Assembly (NCBI GenBank): GCA_034435095.1
Contig: DAOTYC010000034.1
Location: 1-37,183, forward strand
Length of the DNA: 37,183 nucleotides
Reading direction: 5' to 3'
DNA from: Anaerolineae bacterium
GTDB taxonomy: Bacteria; Chloroflexota; Anaerolineae; DAOTYC01
The notes under the pieces are model-generated. The model made no database searches. It saw only the letters and a program-made list of their open reading frames with translations, and was not told the DNA's origin. Below are positions 29,719 through 37,183 of the stretch, one piece after another (position 1 is the stretch's first letter; each line of letters opens with the position of its first letter). The position numbers were made by a program, and so were the translations under genes.

Positions 29719-29984
29719 CGCAGTCTCCGGAAGAAGTTACAGTGGCGCAAGGTTGACAAGCCTTCAGATCAAGATATCTTCGATGACACTCAGGCGCACG
29801 TCCCGAAGCTGTCTGGATCAACATCCGCACTTATTATACACTGAGTTCAGGTTGTGGTCAATGAGGACGCGCCTCCACAATGCTTCATTCTGGCGGTCTG
29901 CTGAGATGTGTTGCACAGACGGCCGGGGGACGTACTTGCTACGTCCCCCGGCTGCACACTACATGCGGATTGACTATGGAAAGG

Positions 29985-31244
29985 TTATGATGCTCTGCCT
30001 GAAGCCCGCTGGAAGAACCTGAGAGGGTTCACCATGGCGACCACGGCGGCTGCCATGACTGTCAGAAGGATGATGAGCACGCGGCTCAAGGCTCCGCTTT
30101 CGGCTGTGTTTGCCGGGGCACCGCTCAGCCTTGTTTCGGCCTCGAGTGCGGCGATGCCATCCCAACTTGCCCGGAACACACCTTGCTCAGTGCCCAATAA
30201 CACCTGACCGTACTGGCCCGGCGCCTGAAGTAACTTATGGATTCGACCGGTGAGTGGAGAATCACCTTCCAGTTTTTGCCAGGAATTGCCTCCGTCGCTG
30301 CTCATGTACAGGCCCAATGGCAATTCATGAGCCTGGCCGGTACCCAAAATGTAGCTCGGCGTGGCGTAGACCAGGTATGGATCGTGCGTGTCAACCTCAA
30401 TGCTTCTGACCGAAAGAGCTACACCTGGAGTCAGACCCAGGCCATCGCCGATGGCCTGCCAGGTCTGGCCGCCGTCTTCACTGCGATACGCTCCCATGGA
30501 TGCCGTACCGGCATACAGGATTTGGCGGTTGCTGGGGGCTATCGCCAGGGTAACGGCCTGTTCAGGCAATGTCGTGACTCGCTCCCAGCTCTCACCCGCG
30601 TCCCGGCTTTCAAACAGGCCCCGAGAGGTGACAGCATACAGGCTGTGAACATCCTGCGGCGCAATCACTATCTCATCCACTCTGGCGCCATAAAGTTCAT
30701 GACCGAGCGAGACCAAAGTGGTGCCTTTGTCCGAAAGCCGATAAATGCCTTGCCCATCAGTCCCAACGTAAAGTACATCCGCATTGTCCCGGGCGACGGC
30801 CAAAGAAGTGACGGCAGGTATCCTGCCCGATGCGTTGGCCGGCAGGCTCAGCGGCGTTTTGCTCCAACTGCGTCCGCCATCACTTGAGACATACAGGCTG
30901 TTCTCGCCCAGTACCGCCGAACCACCAGCCGTGCCGGCATATACTATCCTGGGGTTGGACGCGCTCACCGCCAAGGTGTTAACCCGTTTGTCCAGGTCGC
31001 GGCTCACCAACTCCCAGCTCTGCCCACCGTCGGTGCTGCGGTAGAACCCGCTTCTCTCCGGGTCGTCTACCTGTGCGTAAATGGTAGAAGCGGCCGGAGC
31101 GGTTAACGCCGTCACGTTGACGTTGGTCAGTTCAGTACGAGCGGAACCCTCGTCGCCGCCCACCGCCAGAAATACGATTAACCCCAGAACAACAATTCCC
31201 GCCAACGCAGTGCCTTTGATTAACACAATGGTTAGCTTTTTCAT
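29985..31244 (-). CDS. Secreted/anchored BNR (sialidase-like, Ycf48-like) repeat protein
   Basis: N-terminal signal/anchor (MKKLTIVLIKGTALAGIVVLGLIVFLAV) and four BNR motifs (STDGGQSW, SSDGGRSW, SEDGGQTW, SSDGGNSW). AAGGAGGTG RBS sits upstream of ATG 31244. Confidence 0.8.
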   Translation of the reverse strand: MKKLTIVLIKGTALAGIVVLGLIVFLAVGGDEGSARTELTNVNVTALTAPAASTIYAQVDDPERSGFYRSTDGGQSWELVSRDLDKRVNTLAVSASNPRIVYAGTAGGSAVLGENSLYVSSDGGRSWSKTPLSLPANASGRIPAVTSLAVARDNADVLYVGTDGQGIYRLSDKGTTLVSLGHELYGARVDEIVIAPQDVHSLYAVTSRGLFESRDAGESWERVTTLPEQAVTLAIAPSNRQILYAGTASMGAYRSEDGGQTWQAIGDGLGLTPGVALSVRSIEVDTHDPYLVYATPSYILGTGQAHELPLGLYMSSDGGNSWQKLEGDSPLTGRIHKLLQAPGQYGQVLLGTEQGVFRASWDGIAALEAETRLSGAPANTAESGALSRVLIILLTVMAAAVVAMVNPLRFFQRASGRAS

Positions 31245-31535
31245 GTTATTCACCTCCTTACCCTGAAGCCCTATGTACCCGCACAAGGCTTTAGAGTGAT
31301 AATGCGAACATGCGTGCTCTACATTTACAGTTCTATTATAATCAGGCTGCTATCGCCTGACATCAGCCGCCTTGCGTATTTGGCCAAGTCAGATATGCGT
31401 ATTTCGGGCGCGGCAAGGGGTAGGCATTTTCGCTTAAGTGTGCTGTTCTGTTGTCGTGAGATTCAGCGCGGCGGGGGCTATGCTGCTGATGCGCCATGAA
31501 ACACCACCGGGTGTCGCGGGCTGGGAGCCCGGCTG

Positions 31536-33497
31536 TCAGGGTTGAACGACAGGGTGCAGGTCGTAGGTGGCAGTAGGCTGAATCAAATGCAAGGGGCTGA
31601 CCAGACGCACCGTCCAGTCAACGGTATGGGCCAGGACGATGAGGTCCGCATCGTCCTGCCACTTTTCCTCTTCGGGGACCGTCAGGCGTACCTCAAAGGT
31701 TCCACCATCTCCGACGATGGTTCTGGCTACAGACGGAGCCTGTCCCAAGTCTGTGCCGGGCTCGACCAGGGCGATGATGGCTTCTTCGCCACGGGGCCAG
31801 CCTTGCCCTTTGACCGTCACTTCTTCGCCCAAAGCGATTTCCGACGGTTCGACGTGCAGTGCTGGAAACGTTATGGCTGCCGCTGACAGTGAAAGTCCGA
31901 AAGTCGGCGGAATGAAGCTCGGTGTCGCGGCAGAAGCTGTCGGCATCGACGCGAGGACGGCAGGCGGCAGTGGTACGATGATCGTTGCTCCCGGCGTGCT
32001 TTTGGGAGAGGGCGACTGAGCTGGCTTGGCCGCATAGGCCTGAGCGTGCACGATCATCGGAGTTTCCGCATCGGACGGCGAAGCCGCGGCCATGGGGAAG
32101 GCGGGTGGGGTAGACGGGTAAACGGTCGGCGTCATGGTGAGCTGTTCCCACCAGATCTCAGCGCGCGCATCGCCGCCAGCATTGTAGTATTCGACTTGCA
32201 CGCGATAGTCTCCGCCGTCAAGAGACAGGTCTGCCGTGCGCAGTCCGGGCCCGGCATTTTGCCAGAGGTCAATGATGAGTGCATCGTCGAGCCAGACGCG
32301 CATCCCGTCGTCGGCATAGATGTAAAACCGATGTCTGCCTGGCTCAAATCGAACACGCCTGCTCCAGCGCACCGAGAAATCGTCGGGCCGTAGGCCCGGC
32401 GCCGGCGATTGGCTGCCCCAATTGAAGCGCACCTGCGGGTCATTACGCACCAGTGCCGGTTGGCCGGCCAGTCGGCTGTTGCTAAAGTATTCGCCCTTCC
32501 AATCTGGAAAGACTTCCAGTTTCTCCCACCACAATCGGGCCGATGCCTTGCCGTCCAATTCATAATACTCCACCCGCAGGCGGTGGACGCCTTCCCACAG
32601 GTAGACATCGGCCACATAGGTTGTGGTCGAGCCTTCATGCCACTGATCGATAACCACTCTATCATCTACCCACAGCCTGATCCCATCGTCAGCCCGCGCC
32701 AAGAACCTGTATACGCCTGCGGCAAACGTGACGTCGCGCGTCCAACGAACGGAGAATCTATCGGCTCCCAGCTTTTCGCCGGGTGAGCCTTCTCCCCAGT
32801 CGAAATCAATATCTCGGTCATCGCGTAGAAAGACTGGCGAACCACTCAGGGTTGGCCCGGCAAAGTACTCGCCGTACCAGTTCTGCGCTGGCAGGGGCGG
32901 CCAGGCAGCGACCGGCGGGGTGACGGCGGCTGCCGGTCGGTCGGTAAGCGAGGACGTCAGCTGAGCGAGGGTTGTCGGCTCCGGAGTCGTTGGCTTCGGC
33001 TCTAAACGGGACGCGAACGCATCCTGGATGACCTGAAAAATGGTCACGGCTTTGGCGCCCGACTGTTCAGCCCAGGCGATAACCTTTATCGCCCCGGCAT
33101 GGGCCCATCGTTCCTCCTGCGGGAAAGTGAAGCTGACCTGAAATTGGCCCTGCTCGTTCACTACCGCGCCGGCGTAGGCAAAATCGTGTTGAGACACGCG
33201 AAAAGGGGCCTCCAGCGAAATAAAAACCACATCTCCGGCCGGCCATCCCTGTCCGCTGACCCGCACCGGCATTCCGGGGCCGCCACTGGATGGCTCAACG
33301 GAGATGCGGACATTGGCCGCCATGCGGGTTGCGGTCGGAAGCTGAGCGACAACCTGCTGTCTGAGATACCAGATGCCCAGCACGCCGATAGAGAGCAAGC
33401 TGAAAAACAGGAAAAGTCCTATGACCACATAGGGCCAGTAGGACGTGAGGTTGAGTAAACGATTGAAGAAACTGTTCCCCCTGTCATCTGCAAACAC
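31536..33497 (-). CDS. Membrane-anchored protein with two tandem PA14 domains and Pro/Thr/Ala-rich linkers
   Basis: N-terminal TM helix (YVVIGLFLFFSLLSIGVLGIW). Two PA14-like repeats (NWYGEYFAGPTL...DDGIRLWVDDRVVIDQWH and DWKGEYFSNSRL...DDGMRVWLDDALIIDLW). GTG start at 33497 with GGAGGG upstream. Confidence 0.75.
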   Translation of the reverse strand: MFADDRGNSFFNRLLNLTSYWPYVVIGLFLFFSLLSIGVLGIWYLRQQVVAQLPTATRMAANVRISVEPSSGGPGMPVRVSGQGWPAGDVVFISLEAPFRVSQHDFAYAGAVVNEQGQFQVSFTFPQEERWAHAGAIKVIAWAEQSGAKAVTIFQVIQDAFASRLEPKPTTPEPTTLAQLTSSLTDRPAAAVTPPVAAWPPLPAQNWYGEYFAGPTLSGSPVFLRDDRDIDFDWGEGSPGEKLGADRFSVRWTRDVTFAAGVYRFLARADDGIRLWVDDRVVIDQWHEGSTTTYVADVYLWEGVHRLRVEYYELDGKASARLWWEKLEVFPDWKGEYFSNSRLAGQPALVRNDPQVRFNWGSQSPAPGLRPDDFSVRWSRRVRFEPGRHRFYIYADDGMRVWLDDALIIDLWQNAGPGLRTADLSLDGGDYRVQVEYYNAGGDARAEIWWEQLTMTPTVYPSTPPAFPMAAASPSDAETPMIVHAQAYAAKPAQSPSPKSTPGATIIVPLPPAVLASMPTASAATPSFIPPTFGLSLSAAAITFPALHVEPSEIALGEEVTVKGQGWPRGEEAIIALVEPGTDLGQAPSVARTIVGDGGTFEVRLTVPEEEKWQDDADLIVLAHTVDWTVRLVSPLHLIQPTATYDLHPVVQP

Positions 33498-33562
33498 TGA
33501 CTCTATTGCCCTCCAGCCGCTGATGGCTGCCCGCTTGGAGCGCGAAGGTCATGCCATTACCC

Positions 33563-33590
33563 TTTCATCATTATACACTGAGCTGTTCCA
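33563..33590 (-). promoter_or_regulatory. Putative extended -10 promoter for the PA14 gene
   Basis: On the minus strand: TTGGAAcagctcagTGTATAAT, with the -10 hexamer at 33570-33575 and an adjacent TG. It lies ~70 nt upstream of GTG 33497. The same CTCAGTGTATAAT 13-mer recurs upstream of radC. Confidence 0.4.
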
Positions 33591-33699
33591 AAATACATCG
33601 GCTGGGATGCCTAACCGTTTGAGCACAACTGGCTCTCATGTTAGGCAAAATGGCGTAGATGAAAATGCCTACTCGGCCTCGTTCAACTTCGGGATATTC

Positions 33700-34701
33700 T
33701 CAGGCTTGTTTCAACACTTCAGGGTTCACCATTGATTTTGGCGCCTGCCCCCACAGCAGGAAGTCAGCGATCAGACGGTGCCCGGCTCGAAAGTAGTCCA
33801 GCACACCTTCTGTACTGTACCCGGCAACGTGAGGTGTAAGCACCACGTTGTCCAGGGCCAGCAGTGGGCTGTCTGAAGGAATGGGTTCATTGGCGAAGAC
33901 ATCCAGGGCCGCGGCGCGGATTTGACCTGTGCGTAACGCTGTAACCAGCGCACCTTCATCTACCAGAGCCCCTCGGGCGGTGTTGACCAGAACAGCGGAG
34001 GTTTTCATTTTCGAGAAAGCAGCCGCATCGAACATCTGCCGCGTCTCCGGCGTGGCCGGTGCGTGGATGGAGATGATGTCAGCACGCTGTAGCAATTCGT
34101 CAAAACTGACCAATTCAATGCCGTATTTGGCCGCCAAAGCGGGGTCTAAATATGGGTCGTAACCGATGTAAGTCAGGCCAAAGCCCGCCGATTTTTGTAC
34201 CACCCGTCGAGCTATGTCGCCACAGCCCACTAGGCCCAGAACCTGTCCGCGCAGGCGAACGGTTGGGCGTGAGATCTGTGGCGCCCAACGGCCGGAACGC
34301 ATGGCTGCCGTTTGCGGGACCAGATAGCGGAGACAGGCCAACATGAGGGCAATTGTGTGATCCGAGACATCCTCAGCGATACTGGCGGGCATGTTGGCCA
34401 CCAAGATCCCTCTGCGCGTCGCTTCGGCTACATCCACCATCTCGTATCCGACTCCCATTCGGACTACCAGTCCACAGTTCCTGAGCCGTTCGAACGATTG
34501 GGCAGTAACGGGATAGCGGCCGGCGCACACCAACATCGCGTCCGCGTCCGGCGCCAGGGCTGCATTCTCGGCCTCGCTGGCCCGTTCGTCCGCACGCACG
34601 AAACGTATGCCATCGCGTTGAAAGGCTTCCCTAAACCAGTCGGGCTCTTGATAAAGGGGGTTTCTGGTTGCTATGTATAGGACCGTCTTTTGTTGATTCA
34701 C
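33700..34701 (-). CDS. D-isomer-specific 2-hydroxyacid dehydrogenase family protein (NAD-binding; PGDH/GyaR-like)
   Basis: Rossmann motif GLVGCGDIARRV and the catalytic region ...RGALVDEGAL...HVAGYS typical of the D-2-HADH family. GTG start with GGAGG 7 nt upstream. Confidence 0.85.
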   Translation of the reverse strand: MNQQKTVLYIATRNPLYQEPDWFREAFQRDGIRFVRADERASEAENAALAPDADAMLVCAGRYPVTAQSFERLRNCGLVVRMGVGYEMVDVAEATRRGILVANMPASIAEDVSDHTIALMLACLRYLVPQTAAMRSGRWAPQISRPTVRLRGQVLGLVGCGDIARRVVQKSAGFGLTYIGYDPYLDPALAAKYGIELVSFDELLQRADIISIHAPATPETRQMFDAAAFSKMKTSAVLVNTARGALVDEGALVTALRTGQIRAAALDVFANEPIPSDSPLLALDNVVLTPHVAGYSTEGVLDYFRAGHRLIADFLLWGQAPKSMVNPEVLKQA

Positions 34702-34752
34702 GGATTGGCCTCCAAGATATTGTACGAAGTGGTGGATTATTCACATCTGGCG

Positions 34753-35829
34753 CTAGCCGATAGTTCGCCAGAACACTCTCAGCAAAGTTGGGACGTGCAA
34801 AAGCATGTTCGCATAGCTGGCGTTAGCCATAGGACAGTAGCACTCACCCGCTCGGATGCTTCGGCGCAGCTGCTCGGCCCGCGCCCCAAACCAAATGGGG
34901 CGCAGGTCATAACCCGTTTCGCGCAGATTGCCGATGGGTTCGCCGCGGATGCAACACGTCCAGACATCGCCCTCGGGCGAGATGTGTCCTGAGGCCCAGC
35001 CGGCATAGCAGGGGATGACCTGCCGCTGCTCACGCAGCGTCCGCCTGGCGAGATCATAGTACCGCTGGCGAAATGCCTGTGTCACTTTGCTGATGCCACC
35101 AAATCTCTGGCGCCGCAACTGTCTCACCAGGAAGTCCACAGCCTGGTCATAATCTTCAAGCGGAGGGGCAATGTCCAGTCCGATCGTGTCGAGTTCAACT
35201 CGCGCCTCTGCTATTTCTGTGATGTATGAGTCCGGTTCCAGTTCGGTCAGGGCCTTATAGATGTCCGGGATATCACTCACATTGAACCGTGAGATCACCG
35301 TGTGCAGGCTCACAGTCAGATTGGGGTGATTGATGGCCTTCAAAGCACGATAGGTCCTCATCGCCCGTTCGTAGTTGCCGGGCACACCGCGGATGGCATC
35401 GTGTTGCCCACCCACGCCGTCCAGCGAAAGGTTCACTCCCAGTTTGCTGTCCGGCGTTTTGTGCAGAATCTCTTCGACTTTCACCGGGATCAGCTCGTTC
35501 AGCAGGCCGTTGGTCGGCAGGGTTATTACCGCCGGCCGACAATGGCGATAGGCGGCGGCGATGATGTCGGCCAGGTCGTGGCGCAGAAAAGGCTCGCCGC
35601 CGGTGAAAGTCAGATAGTAGGGTGCACGCCCTATGTTGGCGAAGATGCGGTCCCACTCTTCGAGAGAGAGCTCGTCAGCGTGTTTCTTCCACACGTTGCA
35701 GGTCTGGCACCGCGAGTTGCAGCGGTAACATACGCTGATGACCAGGCTGAAGGGCAGAAGCCTGGGCCAGTTCCAGCGCCTGAAGGTCATGTATAGAGGG
35801 ACTCTTGCCAGCAGACCTAGAGTGTGCAT
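34753..35829 (-). CDS. Radical SAM enzyme with C-terminal SPASM-like auxiliary cluster domain
   Basis: CxxxCxxC motif at CNSRCQTCN and glycine-rich motif FTGGEPFL. Additional C-terminal Cys clusters ([20 protein letters not shown] ... GECYCP) are SPASM/twitch-like. 358 aa. Confidence 0.8.
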   Translation of the reverse strand: MHTLGLLARVPLYMTFRRWNWPRLLPFSLVISVCYRCNSRCQTCNVWKKHADELSLEEWDRIFANIGRAPYYLTFTGGEPFLRHDLADIIAAAYRHCRPAVITLPTNGLLNELIPVKVEEILHKTPDSKLGVNLSLDGVGGQHDAIRGVPGNYERAMRTYRALKAINHPNLTVSLHTVISRFNVSDIPDIYKALTELEPDSYITEIAEARVELDTIGLDIAPPLEDYDQAVDFLVRQLRRQRFGGISKVTQAFRQRYYDLARRTLREQRQVIPCYAGWASGHISPEGDVWTCCIRGEPIGNLRETGYDLRPIWFGARAEQLRRSIRAGECYCPMANASYANMLLHVPTLLRVFWRTIG

Positions 35830-35849
35830 AACCCGAACGCGGGCCGGAC

Positions 35850-36806
35850 TTACTGGCCCAAGACCTCCTGGCGATACCAGCTCACAAACTGCTTCATTCC
35901 TGTCCGAATATCGGTGCGCGGCTCATAGCCCAGCAGTTCCCGTGCCTTGCGGATGTCGGCATTGGTCAAAGGCACATCGCCAGGCTGCGGCTGGGCCTGA
36001 ACAATGCGGGCCGATTTCCCGACTTCCTGCTCCACAACGGAAATGAACTCTTTCAACGAGACCGTTTTGGAGTTGCCCAAATTGATGATCTCGAACGGTA
36101 GATCGGCGTCAAGGGCTGCGACCACGCCGGCGACCACATCGTCAATGTAAGTGTAATCACGCTGCGATGAGCCATCGCCAAACATGGTCAGTTCCTTGCC
36201 CTCGAATACCCAGCGGGTGAAAAGATAGGGGGCCATGTCGGGCCGGCCCTTGGGTCCGTACACGGTGAAGAAGCGCAACGAGGTGCAATTCATGCCGTAC
36301 AAGTGATGATAGGTGTAGGTCAACAGCTCGCCGGCGCGTTTCGTGGCCGCGTAGGGTGAGATGGGGCAATCGACCGGGTCATCCTCGCGAAAAGGCGCGC
36401 GGCTTCGCGCGCCGTACACCGATGACGAAGAGGCAAACACAAAGTTCTGCACGCCGTGCCGTCTCGCCATTTCCAGCACGTTGGCCGTGCCGACCACGTT
36501 TACCGCGGCATATAACGCCGGCTGTTGGATGGAATAGCGCACGCCGGCCATCGCCGCGATATGGAGTACCTTGTCAATCCTCTCGCTGTGGAACACCCGG
36601 TTGAGGTCGTCCTCAGAACGGATGTCCCCTTCATAGAGGCGATAGTTTGGCCGGCCCAGAAACGGCGCGATGTTTTTCCTTTTGCGCTCGGGTGGGTAGT
36701 AATCGTTGAAGTTGTCAAGACATACCACTTCATCGCCGCGTTGCAGCAGGAATTCCGACACATGGCTGCCGATGAACCCGGCCCCGCCGGTGACCAATAC
36801 TCTCAT
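35850..36806 (-). CDS. NAD-dependent epimerase/dehydratase (SDR; UDP-glucuronate decarboxylase/UDP-sugar 4-epimerase-like)
   Basis: N-terminal GGAGFIGSH motif, a YxxxK catalytic dyad (YAATKRAGE), and a length of 318 aa typical of UXS/GalE-like nucleotide-sugar SDRs. Confidence 0.85.
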   Translation of the reverse strand: MRVLVTGGAGFIGSHVSEFLLQRGDEVVCLDNFNDYYPPERKRKNIAPFLGRPNYRLYEGDIRSEDDLNRVFHSERIDKVLHIAAMAGVRYSIQQPALYAAVNVVGTANVLEMARRHGVQNFVFASSSSVYGARSRAPFREDDPVDCPISPYAATKRAGELLTYTYHHLYGMNCTSLRFFTVYGPKGRPDMAPYLFTRWVFEGKELTMFGDGSSQRDYTYIDDVVAGVVAALDADLPFEIINLGNSKTVSLKEFISVVEQEVGKSARIVQAQPQPGDVPLTNADIRKARELLGYEPRTDIRTGMKQFVSWYRQEVLGQ

Positions 36807-36814
36807 TGTGTGAG

Positions 36815-37020
36815 TAAATCAGCTCCCTTCCGTCATTCTGAGCTCCCCCACGGCGCGTGGGCGCGCCGCTCATGGGGGAAGAAACGCCGCCCGACTCCGT
36901 CATGCTGAGCCGAAGGCGAAGCATCTCGCGCTGGCAGGCGTTGAGATTCTTCGCTTCGCTCAGGATGACGGGACAGGGTAGTTTGTAGCGAAGCGAAGAA
37001 TCTCGCTCGGCGTGTGAAGT
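36815..37020. repeat. Structured intergenic repeat block, with unit approximately CCGTCATyCTGAGCGAAGCGAAGAATCTCGC in direct and inverted copies
   Basis: Copies at 36830-36843 (partial), 36897-36929, 36944-36972 (inverted) and 36988-37009. An 18-bp perfect inverted repeat GAGATTCTTCGCTTCGCT (36944-36961) pairs with AGCGAAGCGAAGAATCTC (36988-37005). A nested hairpin CGGCGCG-tggg-CGCGCCG lies inside TCCCCCA/TGGGGGA at 36844-36878. Confidence 0.7.
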
Positions 37021-37061
37021 TGAGATCCCTTGTTGCACAACCTCACGTGTTGTGAACATTA

Positions 37062-37183
37062 CCCTTCATCACCGCGTACACCCAGCAGATAGCGGTGATG
37101 GGCCCACGCCAACTTGAGCCGCCACGGGATGCGCAGCCTGTCCAGCCAGGCGTAGCGCATCACTTTGTCGCGCAGGTCAGGGC
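37062..37183 (-). CDS. 3' end of a minus-strand gene extending beyond the window (hypothetical; C-terminus ...LKLAWAHHRYLLGVRGDEG*)
   Basis: The minus strand has an open frame from the window edge to TAA (complement of 37059-37061). Codon usage is GC-rich like the host. It is too short in-window to assign a function. Confidence 0.3.

Noticed and set aside
36730-37059. 109-aa minus-strand ORF containing ...VILSEAKNL...
   Set aside because: Its reading frame runs straight through the inverted-repeat block (36815-37020). Such ORFs are known artefacts of translating REP/MITE-like repeats. It has no RBS or domain.

Overview
This is a GC-rich (~60%) bacterial chromosomal segment that is densely coding on both strands. 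I found no rRNA, tRNA, CRISPR array, transposase or integrase. The assignment to a Chloroflexota-like organism is inference from codon usage and gene content only.

Gene content, left to right:
- 1-6350 (+): a partial upstream gene, then an M20 peptidase, uvrB, a PflX-like radical SAM enzyme and a bacterial dynamin-like GTPase, tightly packed like an operon.
- 6379-6723 (-): a small P-loop kinase convergent with the dynamin gene.
- 6840-12268 (+): a tandem-GNAT acetyltransferase, a polytopic SPFH/flotillin-like membrane protein, a Zn-ribbon membrane protein, a PfkB sugar kinase and a TlyA rRNA methyltransferase.
- 12380-14635 (-): a membrane H+-pyrophosphatase (HppA).
- 14942-20094 (-): an operon with a split transketolase (N- and C-terminal subunit genes overlapping in ATGA), an amidohydrolase-superfamily enzyme and an ABC-2 type exporter (ATPase plus permease).
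- 20348-25495 (+): a carbohydrate-uptake locus. It is driven by a textbook TTGACA-17-TATAAT promoter followed immediately by a perfect 10-3-10 palindromic operator. It encodes a xylose-isomerase-like TIM-barrel enzyme, a type-I sugar-binding protein, a two-domain ABC ATPase and a permease.
- 25555-28956 (-): a translationally coupled four-gene operon: a DHDPS-family lyase, an RpiB/LacAB-family isomerase, a small conserved hypothetical and a ~420-aa LarA-like/DUF-type protein.
- 29008-29718 (-): radC.
- 29985-36806 (-): a BNR-repeat secreted protein, a membrane-anchored tandem PA14-domain protein, a D-2-hydroxyacid dehydrogenase, a radical SAM/SPASM enzyme and a UXS-like NAD-dependent epimerase/dehydratase.
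- 36815-37020: a structured repeat block containing nested inverted repeats.

The long antisense ORFs in the six-frame track are high-GC artefacts.

The most interesting candidates for undescribed biology are:
- the dynamin / GNAT / flotillin-like / Zn-ribbon membrane cluster;
- the LarA-like-DUF-RpiB-DHDPS operon;
- the split-transketolase / amidohydrolase / ABC-2 operon;
- the rSAM-SPASM / nucleotide-sugar SDR / 2-HADH / PA14 / BNR surface cluster;
- the consensus promoter-operator pair of the sugar locus;
- the terminal structured repeat element.

All functional calls are from motif recognition by eye. No database searches were run.
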